Below, piece by piece: positions 49,450 through 61,492 of a stretch of DNA of 64,000 nt. Each line of letters begins with the position of its first letter. The first letter of the stretch is position 1. Under the pieces are notes generated by a model. It searched no databases. It saw nothing but the letters and a program-made list of their open reading frames with translations, and was not told the origin of the DNA. This stretch comes from an uncultured Candidatus Saccharibacteria bacterium (GTDB taxonomy: Bacteria; Patescibacteriota; Minisyncoccia; Phycocordibacterales; CAIZLB01). The stretch is from assembly GCA_964550955.1 (NCBI GenBank), contig CAZKAF010000001.1, forward strand, positions 7,993 to 71,992, given 5' to 3'. Position numbers and translations under genes: made by a program.

Positions 49450-49487
49450 AAAAAACACCGCGCATCTCTGCGCGGTGTTTTTTTGCT
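49450..49487. terminator. Bidirectional terminator downstream of eno.
   Basis: aaaaaa-caccgcgc-atctct-gcgcggtg-ttttttt. Confidence 0.65.
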
Positions 49488-49540
49488 GTATCGTATCGGG
49501 CCTATCCCCGTATCCGGGGCTTAAGGGCTTAAGTGCGCAA

Positions 49541-51031
<1,491 letters not shown>

Positions 51032-51243
51032 CTAAAAATGTCCTTTTCTGTGACGGGTGCTATTGTAGCATATTTGGCGAGTTGCTTGCAGGCGGCTCCT
51101 TCCGCCGCCTGAAATTGTTTTCGGACGCCTAAATGCCTCTTCCGGACGCCTGGGCACATCTTCAGGAAAACTTTACCGGGAATTCATGTCGGTCGGATAG
51201 ACTTGCACATAAGACGGTATTAGCATGGTAACCATAAAGCGAC

Positions 51244-51657
51244 ATGACTAAGGCAATTGAATTTGAACCAAGACCGGATGATGACGAGCTCGTGACGAAG
51301 GGGCATCTTCGAGATGCGCTGACTGATCGGCTGGGCAACTTCAAGCACGAGGTCAAGACTGAGATAAAGATGGAGCTGAAAGGGGATTTTGATGAGTTGA
51401 AAATGATGATTTCCAGCATTGCCGAAGACCAAAAGAATCTGCGCGAGCAAAATCAACGCGAGCACGAAGAGATGCGATTGGAGATGAGGGGCATCCGTTC
51501 TGATATTTCTGACATATGCAACAGGTGGGACCAGAAGTTTGAAAAGTGGGACCAAAAGTTCGAAGTTGTTCTGAAGTATATGGAGGGAAATGAGGAAGAT
51601 AAAAAGAGGACGAACAAGAGGCTCGGCGTACTTGAATCAAAAGTGCTGTTAGCGTAG
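51244..51657 (+). CDS. Hypothetical coiled-coil protein (137 aa)
   Basis: Charged heptad-like sequence with repeated WDQKFEKWDQKFE; no catalytic motif. Confidence 0.4.
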   Translation: MTKAIEFEPRPDDDELVTKGHLRDALTDRLGNFKHEVKTEIKMELKGDFDELKMMISSIAEDQKNLREQNQREHEEMRLEMRGIRSDISDICNRWDQKFEKWDQKFEVVLKYMEGNEEDKKRTNKRLGVLESKVLLA

Positions 51658-51669
51658 ACTGCACTGCAT

Positions 51670-52905
51670 ATGGCAAATCTGGGATTCTGGAAAAAATTGC
51701 ACGAAAGGGCGCAGGCTGAAAACAGGCCTCTTTTTGTCTTGGCGCCCATGGCGGACGTGACGGACTGCTCCTTTCGGCATGTCATAGCGAAGTATGGAAA
51801 GCCGGATGTCATGTGGACGGAGTTCGTCTCGGCCGACGGACTCATCCGGGCCACTCCTGAAGGCAGGGCCATTCTCATGCATGACCTTATATATAACACC
51901 GCGGACGCGCAGCCAGAATCTGCCCTTGGGCAGAATCAGAATGCCGGCAAGGCGGCTCACGCAGACCAAGACGGCCGAGTTTCTGAGCGACCGCTCGTGG
52001 CTCAGCTTTTCAGCTCGCATCCGGAATATATGGAGCAGGCATGCAAGCTCGTGGCCGAACTCGGGTATGACGGCGTGGACATAAACATGGGCTGTCCCGA
52101 CAAGGGAATCGAGAAGCAGGGCTGCGGCTCAGCGATGATTAAGAACCCGAAACTGGCTCAGGAAGTCGTGCGGGCGGCTCAGAAAGGGGCGGTCAGGATT
52201 CCGAAAAAAGAATTCAATGATGACCCTGAGCTTATTGCCCGATATGAAGCTGGGGATGAGGCTGCGCTTGTGCATCTGCCCGTGACAGTCAAGACAAGAA
52301 TCGGATATAACAAAGACGAGCTCGAAACGTGGCTGCCCGCCTTGCTTGAGGCCGAGCCTGCCGTCATTACGGTTCATGCGCGAACAAGAAAAGAAATGTC
52401 CAAGGTTCCTGCGCGCTGGGAACATGTGGCCCGAGCGATTGAGATTCGCGACGAATTCTACGTTAAGAAGTTTGCTGAAATGAAAGCTCTCGGAAAGGAT
52501 TTTGACGAAGCTGCAGCCCGCCTGTCGAGGACTCTGATATTCGGCAACGGCGACGTCAATACTGTTGCCGAAGGAATGATCAAATATCAGGAAACAAAAG
52601 CTGAGGGCATAATGATAGGCCGAGGCATCTTCGGCAATCCGTGGCTCTTCGAATCAATTCGAATGCCCGGCTTTGAGGCATATGTCCCGACCGTCGAGGA
52701 GAAACTGCGCGTGATGCTCGAGCATACGCATCTGTACGAAAAATATCTGGGCGGCGTCAAGAGCTTCGCGCTGATGAAGAAGCATTACAAGGCATACGTG
52801 AACGGCTTCGACGGCGCCAAGGAGCTTCGGCTGGAGCTCATGGAAAAAGCCGACTCTTTTGAGCAGGTGAGGGTGATTGTCGAGGATTTTTTGAAGAACA
52901 TGTAA
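51670..52905 (+). CDS. tRNA-dihydrouridine synthase (Dus family) with an internal insertion
   Basis: LAPMADVTDCSFRHV (Dus PMAGVTD.pFR motif), VDINMGCP, a catalytic-region Cys and a TIM-barrel layout. Confidence 0.8.
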   Translation: MANLGFWKKLHERAQAENRPLFVLAPMADVTDCSFRHVIAKYGKPDVMWTEFVSADGLIRATPEGRAILMHDLIYNTADAQPESALGQNQNAGKAAHADQDGRVSERPLVAQLFSSHPEYMEQACKLVAELGYDGVDINMGCPDKGIEKQGCGSAMIKNPKLAQEVVRAAQKGAVRIPKKEFNDDPELIARYEAGDEAALVHLPVTVKTRIGYNKDELETWLPALLEAEPAVITVHARTRKEMSKVPARWEHVARAIEIRDEFYVKKFAEMKALGKDFDEAAARLSRTLIFGNGDVNTVAEGMIKYQETKAEGIMIGRGIFGNPWLFESIRMPGFEAYVPTVEEKLRVMLEHTHLYEKYLGGVKSFALMKKHYKAYVNGFDGAKELRLELMEKADSFEQVRVIVEDFLKNM

Positions 52906-52980
52906 CCCTCTCCTTTTTTCTTCTGCCGCCGCGGCCCCATGAGGTCTTTTGTTCAAATTTCCTGAGATTAAGGTATAGTT

Positions 52981-55767
52981 ATGAGCATGAATGAAATTCG
53001 AAAAGAAGATAAAAAAAATAGCGGCCGGGCAGGCGCCGAGCTGAGCACTACCAGATATGCCCAGCCATATCTGAAAGATTCCTCCGAAGTCTTGTCTGAA
53101 CTCGAGACATCCATTCGCGGGCTGAGGCATTCCGACATTGCACCGCGGATGGAAAAATACGGCGCGAACAAGCTCCCCGAAGCGCCGAGAACGTCGCTTG
53201 CCACCATTTTCTTCAGGCAATTCCAAAGTTCCATCATTTACATACTTCTCATTGCGGCCCTGGTGGTTTTCATAATGGGAGACTACATTGACGCGGCGGT
53301 GATACTCGCGGTGCTCATCATCAATTCCATCGTCGGGACCGTGCAGGAAGGCAAGGCCGAGGACACGCTTGCCGCGCTCCGGAATTTCGCCACGACGACC
53401 TCGACCGTCATACGAAACGGCATCGAGGAAATGATTCCCGACACCGAGCTGGTGGTGGGAGACATTCTCGTCCTGAAGGAAGGGGACAAGGTCGGAGCTG
53501 ACGCCCGCCTGATGCAGGTGACGAGCCTGCGAATGGACGAATCGTCCCTCACGGGGGAATCGGAAGCGGTCGAGAAGAATATCGAGGCCTTGAGCGACAC
53601 CGCGGACATGGCCATCGAGGAGTTCAAGCAGAAGAACATGGTATTCAAGGGCACGAACGTCCAGGGCGGATCGGCGCTTGCCATCGTCACGGCGGTCGGC
53701 ATGGCAACGGCCATCGGAAACATTTCTCAGGAGCTTTCCGCCATCACTACGGAGGTTCCGCTCAAGGAGACAATCAGGAAGCTGTCGAAGCTGATCATCT
53801 ATGTCGTGCTGCTCGTCGGCGCCGTTACCTTCTCCATCGGCATCGCCAAGGGCTTCACGGTCGCCGTGATGGTCGCGACTGTCGTGGCAATGGCGGTGTC
53901 CGCGATTCCCGAAGGCCTGCCCGTGACCGTAACGCTCATCCTGGCGGCGGGCGTGTATCGAATGGGCAAGAAAAATGCATTGGTCAAAAAGCTGCAGGCC
54001 GTCGAGGCGCTCGGCCAGGCGGACATCGTGGCGACGGACAAGACGGGAACGCTTACGCTCAATCAGATGATGGTGCAGCAGGTGTATACCGGCGGAGAGC
54101 TGTACGACGTGACGGGCGCCGGATACGAGCCGAAAGGAAACATTACGCAAAGCTCGAACGGGGAAATCATCGACCCGAAGCTTCATGACGACGTGCTTCA
54201 CATGGCGCGCATCTCGGGCATCGTGGCGGATTCTCCGATCGCATACGACGAGTCGAAAGAAGAATGGAGAAGGGTTTCGGGCGATCCGACCGAGTCGGCG
54301 CTCACGGTGTTTGCGCAAAAGGTCGGGCTGCTGAAAGACGAGATGCTCAAGGAGTGGCCCATCCTGAACGAGATACAGTTTTCATCTGACATAAAATACC
54401 ATGCGGTGACGCATAAGGTTTTCAGCGAGACCATATATTTCATCGCGGGCGCGCCGGAAGTCGTTCTGGCAAAATGCGAGCGCTACGCGAAGGGCGTCAA
54501 GAATCACGAGATGACCGTTCAGGTCATGCAGGACGCGCATGACATGGTGGATCAGATGGCCTCGCAGGGCCTTCGGGTTCTCGCCCTTGCCATCCGAAAG
54601 GATCCGCCGGCATATGCGGAGGAGATCGGAAATATTCCCGATCTGACATTCGTCGGCCTTGTCGGAATCAGCGACGCCCTTCGGGAAAACATTCATGAGT
54701 CGGTCGTGAAGGCGCAGCAGGCCGGCGTGAAGATCGTGATGATTACCGGCGACTACATAGAGACGGCGAAAGCCATCGCGCGCAAGGCCGGAATATTCAA
54801 GGACGGCGACGAGGCCGTCACGGGAGACGACCTGGTCCGGATGTCTGACGAGCAGCTGTCCGAGGTCCTGCCGAAAGTGACGGTGTTCGCCCGCGTCTCG
54901 CCCGAGCACAAGTTCAAGATCGTCGAGCTGTATCGGTCTCGCGGCCTGACCATAGGCATGACGGGAGACGGAGTTAACGACGCGCTCTCGCTCGCGGCGG
55001 CTGACCTGGGCATAGCCATGGGCAAGACCGGAACCGAGGTTGCCAAGGAAGCGGCCGACATCGTGCTCCTTGATGACAACTTCAAGAGCATCGTCTCCGC
55101 CATCGAGGAAGGACGATACATCTATCACAGCATCAAGAAGATAATCACGTATCTCGCATCAACAAGCATTGCCGGTATTTTTATAATCATTACCGCGCTT
55201 CTTCTGGATTTCCCGCTTCCGATTTCCCCGAGCCAGATCATCTGGCTGAACTTCGTGACGGACGGATTCCTGGTCGTGGCGCTCGCCATGGAACAGAACA
55301 CGATGGGCGCCCGCATGTCGTCGCTCCATAGAAAAGGAAGGTCGCTGGTCACGCCCGTCATGGGAGTCAGGATCGCGCTCGGCGCTCTCGTCATGATGGT
55401 CGGCACGCTCATCGTCTTCGCATACTATCTCGACATTTCAAACTACGCCAAGGCGACGACGATGGCCCTAACGGTCATGGCCGCATATCAATGGTTCAAC
55501 GCCTGGAACTGCCGGTCCGAGAATCATTCGCTTTTCAAGATTCCGTTCTTCGCGAACAAGTATCTTGTCGTCTCAACGTTCCTGATCATCTGCATCCAGA
55601 CGCTCGGCATCTATTGGGGCCCGCTTCAGACCGTGCTCAGGACCGTGCCGCTGAATCTTTCGGATTGGGTAACGGTCATCATCACGGCATCGAGCATCAT
55701 CGTCGCCGACGAGCTTCGAAAGCTGATTTACAGATGGGTGAGGCAGGGAAGCGCGAAGCGGGCATAA
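52981..55767 (+). CDS. P-type cation-transporting ATPase (P2-type, Ca2+/Mg2+-like)
   Basis: DKTGTLT phosphorylation site, TGES actuator motif, the TGDGVNDALSL hinge, ten TM-like segments; 928 aa. Confidence 0.9.
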   Translation: MSMNEIRKEDKKNSGRAGAELSTTRYAQPYLKDSSEVLSELETSIRGLRHSDIAPRMEKYGANKLPEAPRTSLATIFFRQFQSSIIYILLIAALVVFIMGDYIDAAVILAVLIINSIVGTVQEGKAEDTLAALRNFATTTSTVIRNGIEEMIPDTELVVGDILVLKEGDKVGADARLMQVTSLRMDESSLTGESEAVEKNIEALSDTADMAIEEFKQKNMVFKGTNVQGGSALAIVTAVGMATAIGNISQELSAITTEVPLKETIRKLSKLIIYVVLLVGAVTFSIGIAKGFTVAVMVATVVAMAVSAIPEGLPVTVTLILAAGVYRMGKKNALVKKLQAVEALGQADIVATDKTGTLTLNQMMVQQVYTGGELYDVTGAGYEPKGNITQSSNGEIIDPKLHDDVLHMARISGIVADSPIAYDESKEEWRRVSGDPTESALTVFAQKVGLLKDEMLKEWPILNEIQFSSDIKYHAVTHKVFSETIYFIAGAPEVVLAKCERYAKGVKNHEMTVQVMQDAHDMVDQMASQGLRVLALAIRKDPPAYAEEIGNIPDLTFVGLVGISDALRENIHESVVKAQQAGVKIVMITGDYIETAKAIARKAGIFKDGDEAVTGDDLVRMSDEQLSEVLPKVTVFARVSPEHKFKIVELYRSRGLTIGMTGDGVNDALSLAAADLGIAMGKTGTEVAKEAADIVLLDDNFKSIVSAIEEGRYIYHSIKKIITYLASTSIAGIFIIITALLLDFPLPISPSQIIWLNFVTDGFLVVALAMEQNTMGARMSSLHRKGRSLVTPVMGVRIALGALVMMVGTLIVFAYYLDISNYAKATTMALTVMAAYQWFNAWNCRSENHSLFKIPFFANKYLVVSTFLIICIQTLGIYWGPLQTVLRTVPLNLSDWVTVIITASSIIVADELRKLIYRWVRQGSAKRA

Positions 55768-55899
55768 GCTGACTCCGTTCGCGACGCAGTTTCCGAAGGA
55801 ATATTGATTTAATATTAATATTGTGATATAATATATACAACGTCAGATGACGTCAGAACAAATCCAACAACAAAGTACCTTCAAAGGAGAAAATCGAAT

Positions 55900-56634
55900 A
55901 TGAGAGAAGAAACCATTGATCCGGCCCGGAAACTGACGGAATTGGCAGTTTTGGCCATCCTCATCCTGCATCGTCATTTTTACATTTCGTTTGCGAGGCG
56001 GTGGAACAGTCATCCTTCATTGGGGACTGTCAAGATTCTGGGCGCATACCTGAAATGCCCCGAAGAGGCAATCTCCGAGGCTGAAATGATAACCGCGGCG
56101 GCCATGGCGCAGGCCATCGTCAGCCGTCCTGACGGAAAGTCCGTCCGAGTGGAAGATTTGACGGAATTATTCGCCACGGCCATAACGGCCTCGACGATGA
56201 GAAAGTTCGAGGACTCCGTCCCCGAACAGGTCAGCGAGGCTGTCGGCGAAATAGTCGCGGAATTTCTTGCCGCAAAGCTGGGCTCCCAAAGCACCATGTC
56301 GCTGGCGCACAGCTTCATGGAGGGATATCAGTCCGCCTTGGCGCCGTTCGCGGGGTCATATCTGCGGATGTTCGGCCAGGGATCCTTCGCCATCGACATC
56401 CCTTCAAGCAAGGTGGACTTGCACGTCGCGCTTCATGTCCTGAAACTCTCAAAGCGAGCCGGACAGGAGTTCCTGTTCAGGGTTCGGGAACTCGTGATGA
56501 AGGGCGCCGCTCAGGAAATAGCCGCCGTCTCGAGGGACCATGCGCTGAACAGCGCCCAAGCTTTGGGGCAGCTTGGCTCTTCGGTCTGCGCCAGCATCCT
56601 GAAGGAAGCTGAATCTTCCGTCATTCCGTCGTAA
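55900..56634 (+). CDS. Hypothetical protein (244 aa)
   Basis: Clean ORF with a terminator downstream; no motif recognised. Confidence 0.4.
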   Translation: MREETIDPARKLTELAVLAILILHRHFYISFARRWNSHPSLGTVKILGAYLKCPEEAISEAEMITAAAMAQAIVSRPDGKSVRVEDLTELFATAITASTMRKFEDSVPEQVSEAVGEIVAEFLAAKLGSQSTMSLAHSFMEGYQSALAPFAGSYLRMFGQGSFAIDIPSSKVDLHVALHVLKLSKRAGQEFLFRVRELVMKGAAQEIAAVSRDHALNSAQALGQLGSSVCASILKEAESSVIPS

Positions 56635-56644
56635 GACGGCCCTT

Positions 56645-56708
56645 GGTCCCGAGAATCTTGCGCATCAGCAAAACGATGCGCGGGGTCCTCGGGGCTTTTT
56701 TTTATTTC
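56645..56708 (+). terminator. Compound stem-loop plus T8 tract
   Basis: cccgag...gcgcatc-agcaaaac-gatgcgc...ctcgggg then cttttttttatttc. Confidence 0.5.
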
Positions 56709-56842
56709 TTTCATTTTGTGGCTTATGCGCTTTCTCGGCTTGCCGGCCTGAGCCGTGCGCGTTCGGCTGGGACGCTTCCTCTTTTGGGTCTTCGAATGGA
56801 CTCCCGACTGCACAGAATCGCCGGATGCGATATAATACCTGC

Positions 56843-57997
56843 ATGTCAAAAATCTCAAATCCGCATCACGTATCCTTATACAGAAAATACAGGCCTGCCG
56901 GGTTCGGCGACATCTTGGGGCAGGATCATGTGGTGTCGGTCCTGAAGAAGTCGATTGCGGAAGGGAAGATCGCCCATGCCTACCTGTTCGCGGGATCGCG
57001 AGGCACGGGCAAGACGTCCATCGCGCGCATCTTCGCCAAGGAGCTCGGCACGAGCCAGAACGACTTGTATGAAATCGACGCGGCTTCGAACACGAGCGTC
57101 GACGACATTCGCGCGCTGTCCGAAGCGGTCGGCACGGTGCCGCTCGAGTCGAAGTACAAGGTATATATTTTGGACGAAGTCCACATGCTTTCCAAGGCCG
57201 CGTTCAACGCGTTCCTGAAGACGCTCGAGGAGCCGCCGAGGCATGTCATTTTCATATTGGCGACGACCGAGACGGAGAAGCTTCCCGATACCATCGTCTC
57301 GAGGTGCGAGGTGTACAATTTCAAGAAGCCGTCCGCGGACGCGCTCAGGAGCCATGTCATTGACCTGGCGAAAAAAGAAGGGATGAAGCTCGACGAGGCG
57401 GGAGCGAACCTGGTCGCCCTTCTCGGCGACGGATCGTTCAGGGACACTTTAAGCATTCTTCAGAAGGTGTTTTCGCTCGGGGCGAAGACGCTCGAAGAGG
57501 TCGAGGAAGTGACCGGCGCGCCGAAATCGGCCGTCATTTTTGACTATGTGAAGGGCATTCTTGCTGATGATGCCGAGCTCTCATATTCGGCCCTCCGGAA
57601 AATGGCCGAGAAGAACATCGATCCGAAAATGTTCGCCGACCTGGCGCTCGTGCGGCTGCGATACGTCCTGGCGCTGATGATTGCCAAGGCCGAAGCGGAG
57701 CAGATAGGGGCAAGCCTTTCGGAAGACGAGATTCGTGATATCGGAGCTTTGGCGAAGGAGCTGGCAGCAAGCGGAGCGGGCAGGGCCGGCGATTCGACAG
57801 GCGCCGCACATGGCGGTTCTGCTTCCGCAAATGCCGGCGCTTCAAGCGCTTCGGCTGCTTCGAACGCGGCCATTCCGTTCGGCCCGCAGAAGGTCGCGGG
57901 GGTCATAAAATCGGTGCTCGGCGTCTACAATTCGCTCGGAAAAACCTACATACCGAGCCTGCCCCTTGAACTTGTCATATCGGAGCATTCAAGGTAA
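56843..57997 (+). CDS. dnaX: DNA polymerase III gamma/tau subunit (short form)
   Basis: YRKYRP...GQDHVV...AHAYLFAGSRGTGKTSIARI (Walker A), ILDEVHML (Walker B), SRC (sensor-1 region) and GSFRDTLSIL (sensor 2). The ORF opens at 56825. Confidence 0.8.
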   Translation: MSKISNPHHVSLYRKYRPAGFGDILGQDHVVSVLKKSIAEGKIAHAYLFAGSRGTGKTSIARIFAKELGTSQNDLYEIDAASNTSVDDIRALSEAVGTVPLESKYKVYILDEVHMLSKAAFNAFLKTLEEPPRHVIFILATTETEKLPDTIVSRCEVYNFKKPSADALRSHVIDLAKKEGMKLDEAGANLVALLGDGSFRDTLSILQKVFSLGAKTLEEVEEVTGAPKSAVIFDYVKGILADDAELSYSALRKMAEKNIDPKMFADLALVRLRYVLALMIAKAEAEQIGASLSEDEIRDIGALAKELAASGAGRAGDSTGAAHGGSASANAGASSASAASNAAIPFGPQKVAGVIKSVLGVYNSLGKTYIPSLPLELVISEHSR

Positions 57998-58072
57998 ATT
58001 GGGTACCACGCGGCGGATTTAAGCCAGCATTCAAGCTTCAATTTTGAATTTTGGCCGCAATTGCCGCGTCAT

Positions 58073-58143
58073 TGCGGGATCGTCTAATGGTAGGACTGCG
58101 GATTTTGGTTCCGCCTATCTAGGTTCGAGTCCTAGTCCCGCAG
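58073..58143 (+). tRNA. tRNA-Gln(TTG)
   Basis: Acceptor TGCGGGA/TCCCGCA (a U1:A72 pair as in bacterial tRNA-Gln), D-arm GTCT-AATGGTA-GGAC, anticodon arm GCGGA-TTTTGGT-TCCGC (anticodon TTG), T-arm CTAGG-TTCGAGT-CCTAG, discriminator G, no encoded CCA. Confidence 0.8.
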
Positions 58144-58230
58144 CAACTTAGTTTTTCGTATCTAGCGACCTAGAGGGGTCAAAATACGTTAATTCCTAAA
58201 AACCCTTGTTTGTGGGATAATTGAGTCATT

Positions 58231-59454
58231 ATGAATCAGGCTCAAAAGAAAGAAAAATTCTATTTTTATAAAGGGAATATTAATGTTCTCGATAAGTTAG
58301 AAGATAAAACTAAAGAAAACATTCTCGCTCAGATTCAAAAAGAAATCTTACAGATTTTTGATGTAAAGAATTTATCTTTTTTACTTGGATCGGGCTGCTC
58401 ATCCTTTGTCAAAGAATCCGAGCAGATCGGGATTCCTACCATGGAACCTTTAGCAAAATTATTTTATGCGACACTTAATGCAGGCGATAAGGATGTTTTA
58501 AGGGATATTGTAAAGATAGATATCTCAATTGCTCCTTTTAATAACAATCTGGAAAGTTTTTTAGAAGTTTTGTTTAGCTTCAATTTTATTTATGACGTCC
58601 AGGGTGATAAAGCGCTTAAGCAAAAAATCCAGTCTTTGATTGATAAAACTAAAGAATTCATTCTTGAGAAATGTATTAACAAAGCAAATATAGCTCATAC
58701 TGATGTTATAGATTTATACAAGTTGTTTTATAAAAAACTTGTATATAGAAATAATAGCTTGTCAAAAGTTAATATTTTTACGACTAACTATGATTTGTAT
58801 TCAGAAAAGGCTTTGGACCAGCTCAGTATTTTATATAGTAATGGTTTTTCAGGAAATATAGAGAGATATTTCAATCCCACTACTTTTAACTATGCTTTCG
58901 CCGAACAGATGGAATTGAGTTCTAATAAATGGAATGTGATAGATAATTTTGTTTACCTATACAAACTTCATGGATCAGTAAATTGGGTAGAGACGGACAC
59001 AAAAGGAAAAATATTTAATATTCAAGAAATACAGGATCCAACAGAGAAAATCGAAGCATCGATGATTTACCCGACTCCTATGAAGCAGACTTCTAGTTTT
59101 GGTTCCCCGTACTCTGACTTATTTAGGGAATTTCAAAAAAAGTTAATGCAAGAAAAAAATATACTTGTAACAGCGGGGTACAGTTTTAGTGATCAACACG
59201 TTAATAATTTGATCTATCAAGCTTTAACAATCCCCACATTTCGTATTGTTATATTTCAAGATCCTGCAAAAGAAAGTATCAAAAGACTTCTAGATCTCAA
59301 TGATCCTCGTATATGGATTATTGGAGGGGAAATTGATTCAGAAAATATCCATTACTTTAGCTACATTGTTAATAACTTGTTACCTGATATTCGTCAGCAA
59401 AAAATTGAAAGTAGCATAGAGCAAGCTATAAAGAGTCTTATAGATAAAAAATAA
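58231..59454 (+). CDS. SIR2-family (SIR2_2-like) NAD+-dependent/NADase domain protein
   Basis: Rossmann Gly motif LLGSGCS, IFTTNYD and LYKLHGSVNW match the SIR2_2 defense-associated family signatures (TTNYD; HG with catalytic His). Confidence 0.75.
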   Translation: MNQAQKKEKFYFYKGNINVLDKLEDKTKENILAQIQKEILQIFDVKNLSFLLGSGCSSFVKESEQIGIPTMEPLAKLFYATLNAGDKDVLRDIVKIDISIAPFNNNLESFLEVLFSFNFIYDVQGDKALKQKIQSLIDKTKEFILEKCINKANIAHTDVIDLYKLFYKKLVYRNNSLSKVNIFTTNYDLYSEKALDQLSILYSNGFSGNIERYFNPTTFNYAFAEQMELSSNKWNVIDNFVYLYKLHGSVNWVETDTKGKIFNIQEIQDPTEKIEASMIYPTPMKQTSSFGSPYSDLFREFQKKLMQEKNILVTAGYSFSDQHVNNLIYQALTIPTFRIVIFQDPAKESIKRLLDLNDPRIWIIGGEIDSENIHYFSYIVNNLLPDIRQQKIESSIEQAIKSLIDKK

Positions 59455-59459
59455 CTCAA

Positions 59460-61487
59460 ATGATAATTGATGATAAAAAACGAGTTATTGGAAAAATAAT
59501 CTCTATAAACTCAGATAGGTTTTCAGTTGAACTTTTGAGTGGTACAAGAAACTTTAATGCAAATGGTTATGATGATATACATTATTTTGCTCAGATAAAC
59601 AGCTATGTTATTGTCCCTTATCAAAATTATTATATTGTGGCTGAAGTTGTAAGTGTGAGGGAAAAGGATGAAAAAACTCCAGAAGATATAAGGGAACAAG
59701 AACTAAATAAAAGTCATTCGATTAAATATCTTGATGTATTACCAATAGGTAGGATTTCCGAAGATAAGTTTGATTTTGGCGTATCTGTTTACCCTACATT
59801 ATACAGTGATGTTTTGTACATAAAAGATAGTGAACTAGACATTATATTTGATGTAAGAAATTATGAAGCTAATAAGTGTAATGGATGTAACTTGAATACG
59901 TGTGTTATACCAGAACACAAAACTCTAAAATATAAAAACAAAACCGCGATGCTTGCTTTGGAGATTGGAAGGTCAGCAATATTTCCAGACTACAAGGTTA
60001 AAATAAGTATCGATAAGTTTTTTGGTAGCCACTCAGCTGTATTGGGAAATACCGGAAGTGGTAAGTCTTGCACTATTTCATCCATGCTTCAGACATTGTT
60101 TAAGAAGAAAGATTTCTCTTCTCTAGGGGCAACCTTTTTAATATTTGATGTGAATGGTGAATACAAGAGCGCTTTTGAAGGATTACAAAATGCTGAAATT
60201 AAAATAAAAAATCTTAGCATTGAAGGTAAAGAAGGCTATGAGGAATTTAAGTTGCCACACCATTTTTTTAATTTAGAAGAATGGGAAATACTTTTGCAAG
60301 CAAGCGAAAAGACACAGAGACCAGTTTTAAGATCCGCCCTAGGGATAGCTACTCTATTTAGCAAAGAGGATGGTCAAAGTATCATAAAAACAAAGAACCA
60401 TATTCTTGCTACATGTATTACGTTGATAATGAGAGATGAGACTAGTAGTCCTTCGAAAAAAGATAGAATCATTTCAATTTTAAGAAAATTTAAGACAGAA
60501 GAAATTAAATTAACTAAGAAGTTTAGCGAAACACCGATTTCTTATGATAAGGGTGCAAAGACTAAGGAGGCGACAATCGAGAATAGTTTGTATGTTCATT
60601 TCGGAGAAATCATAGGTACTGATGAGCTGCATGATTATCTTGAGAGTAAGGACACAAACGGGGATTCAATATTTTTTAGGGATGATTTTGAGATGCCTAG
60701 TTATGACAAAGAAGCAGTTTTCAATTTTAATGAAATAGAAAACGCCCTAGAGCTTGCCCTGCTTTATGAAGAGGCACATGGTAATAAGCATATTAGAGAT
60801 TATTGCTCGTCACTTCTTACAAGATTTAAAAGTATAAAGGAAAGAAGTGATTTTAATTTTATTAAGGAGAAAGCCACTCTATCAAAAGAAAAGTATTTAG
60901 AAGATTTGTTGGGAATCAGTAAAAGTAAAAAGACTTCACAAGTAATTATTCTCGATTTGAACTCAGTCGAGGACGAGCTAATTGAGATTGTTTCAACTGT
61001 GGTAACAAGAATAATCTTTGATAAATTGAAAAGTTTAAAAAATAGAAATATTTTCCCAGTGAATCTTATCCTAGAAGAAGCCCATCGATATATATCAAAT
61101 GAGCCTCAGCGAAATTTTCTTAAAGAAAATCGAGTCTTTGATAGGGTTGCAAAAGAGGGAAGGAAGTATGGTCTATTCTTTTTGATATCTTCTCAGCGGC
61201 CTAGCGAATTATCTCGAACAGTTTTGTCTCAGTGTAATAACTTTATAGTTCATCGTATTCAAAACCCTGATGACTTGTCTCATATTAGACAGATTACACC
61301 TCATATCTCTGAGACTACATTGAGAAAGTTACCTTCAATACCTACACAGCATGCATTAATATTTGGGGGAGCTGTAAATATTCCGGCCTTATTTAAGGTC
61401 AATAATGCTGATCCATTGCCAAATAGTGATAACAATAAAGTAAGTGAGAATTGGTTTATAGCCAAAAACCAAGAAATTAAGTTTTAG
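59460..61487 (+). CDS. HerA-like (FtsK/HerA superfamily) ATPase
   Basis: Walker A HSAVLGNTGSGKSCT, Walker B VNLILEEAHRYI, an N-terminal HAS-barrel-like region and ISSQRPSEL (arginine finger region). 675 aa and 5 nt downstream of the SIR2 gene. Confidence 0.8.
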   Translation: MIIDDKKRVIGKIISINSDRFSVELLSGTRNFNANGYDDIHYFAQINSYVIVPYQNYYIVAEVVSVREKDEKTPEDIREQELNKSHSIKYLDVLPIGRISEDKFDFGVSVYPTLYSDVLYIKDSELDIIFDVRNYEANKCNGCNLNTCVIPEHKTLKYKNKTAMLALEIGRSAIFPDYKVKISIDKFFGSHSAVLGNTGSGKSCTISSMLQTLFKKKDFSSLGATFLIFDVNGEYKSAFEGLQNAEIKIKNLSIEGKEGYEEFKLPHHFFNLEEWEILLQASEKTQRPVLRSALGIATLFSKEDGQSIIKTKNHILATCITLIMRDETSSPSKKDRIISILRKFKTEEIKLTKKFSETPISYDKGAKTKEATIENSLYVHFGEIIGTDELHDYLESKDTNGDSIFFRDDFEMPSYDKEAVFNFNEIENALELALLYEEAHGNKHIRDYCSSLLTRFKSIKERSDFNFIKEKATLSKEKYLEDLLGISKSKKTSQVIILDLNSVEDELIEIVSTVVTRIIFDKLKSLKNRNIFPVNLILEEAHRYISNEPQRNFLKENRVFDRVAKEGRKYGLFFLISSQRPSELSRTVLSQCNNFIVHRIQNPDDLSHIRQITPHISETTLRKLPSIPTQHALIFGGAVNIPALFKVNNADPLPNSDNNKVSENWFIAKNQEIKF

Positions 61488-61492
61488 TTGAT

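Noticed and set aside
52654-54318. 554-aa minus-strand ORF
   Set aside because: It is antisense to the end of the dus gene and the first half of the P-type ATPase gene, both of which have strong motif support. Its Arg/His/Gly-rich low-complexity translation is characteristic of GC-rich antisense frames.
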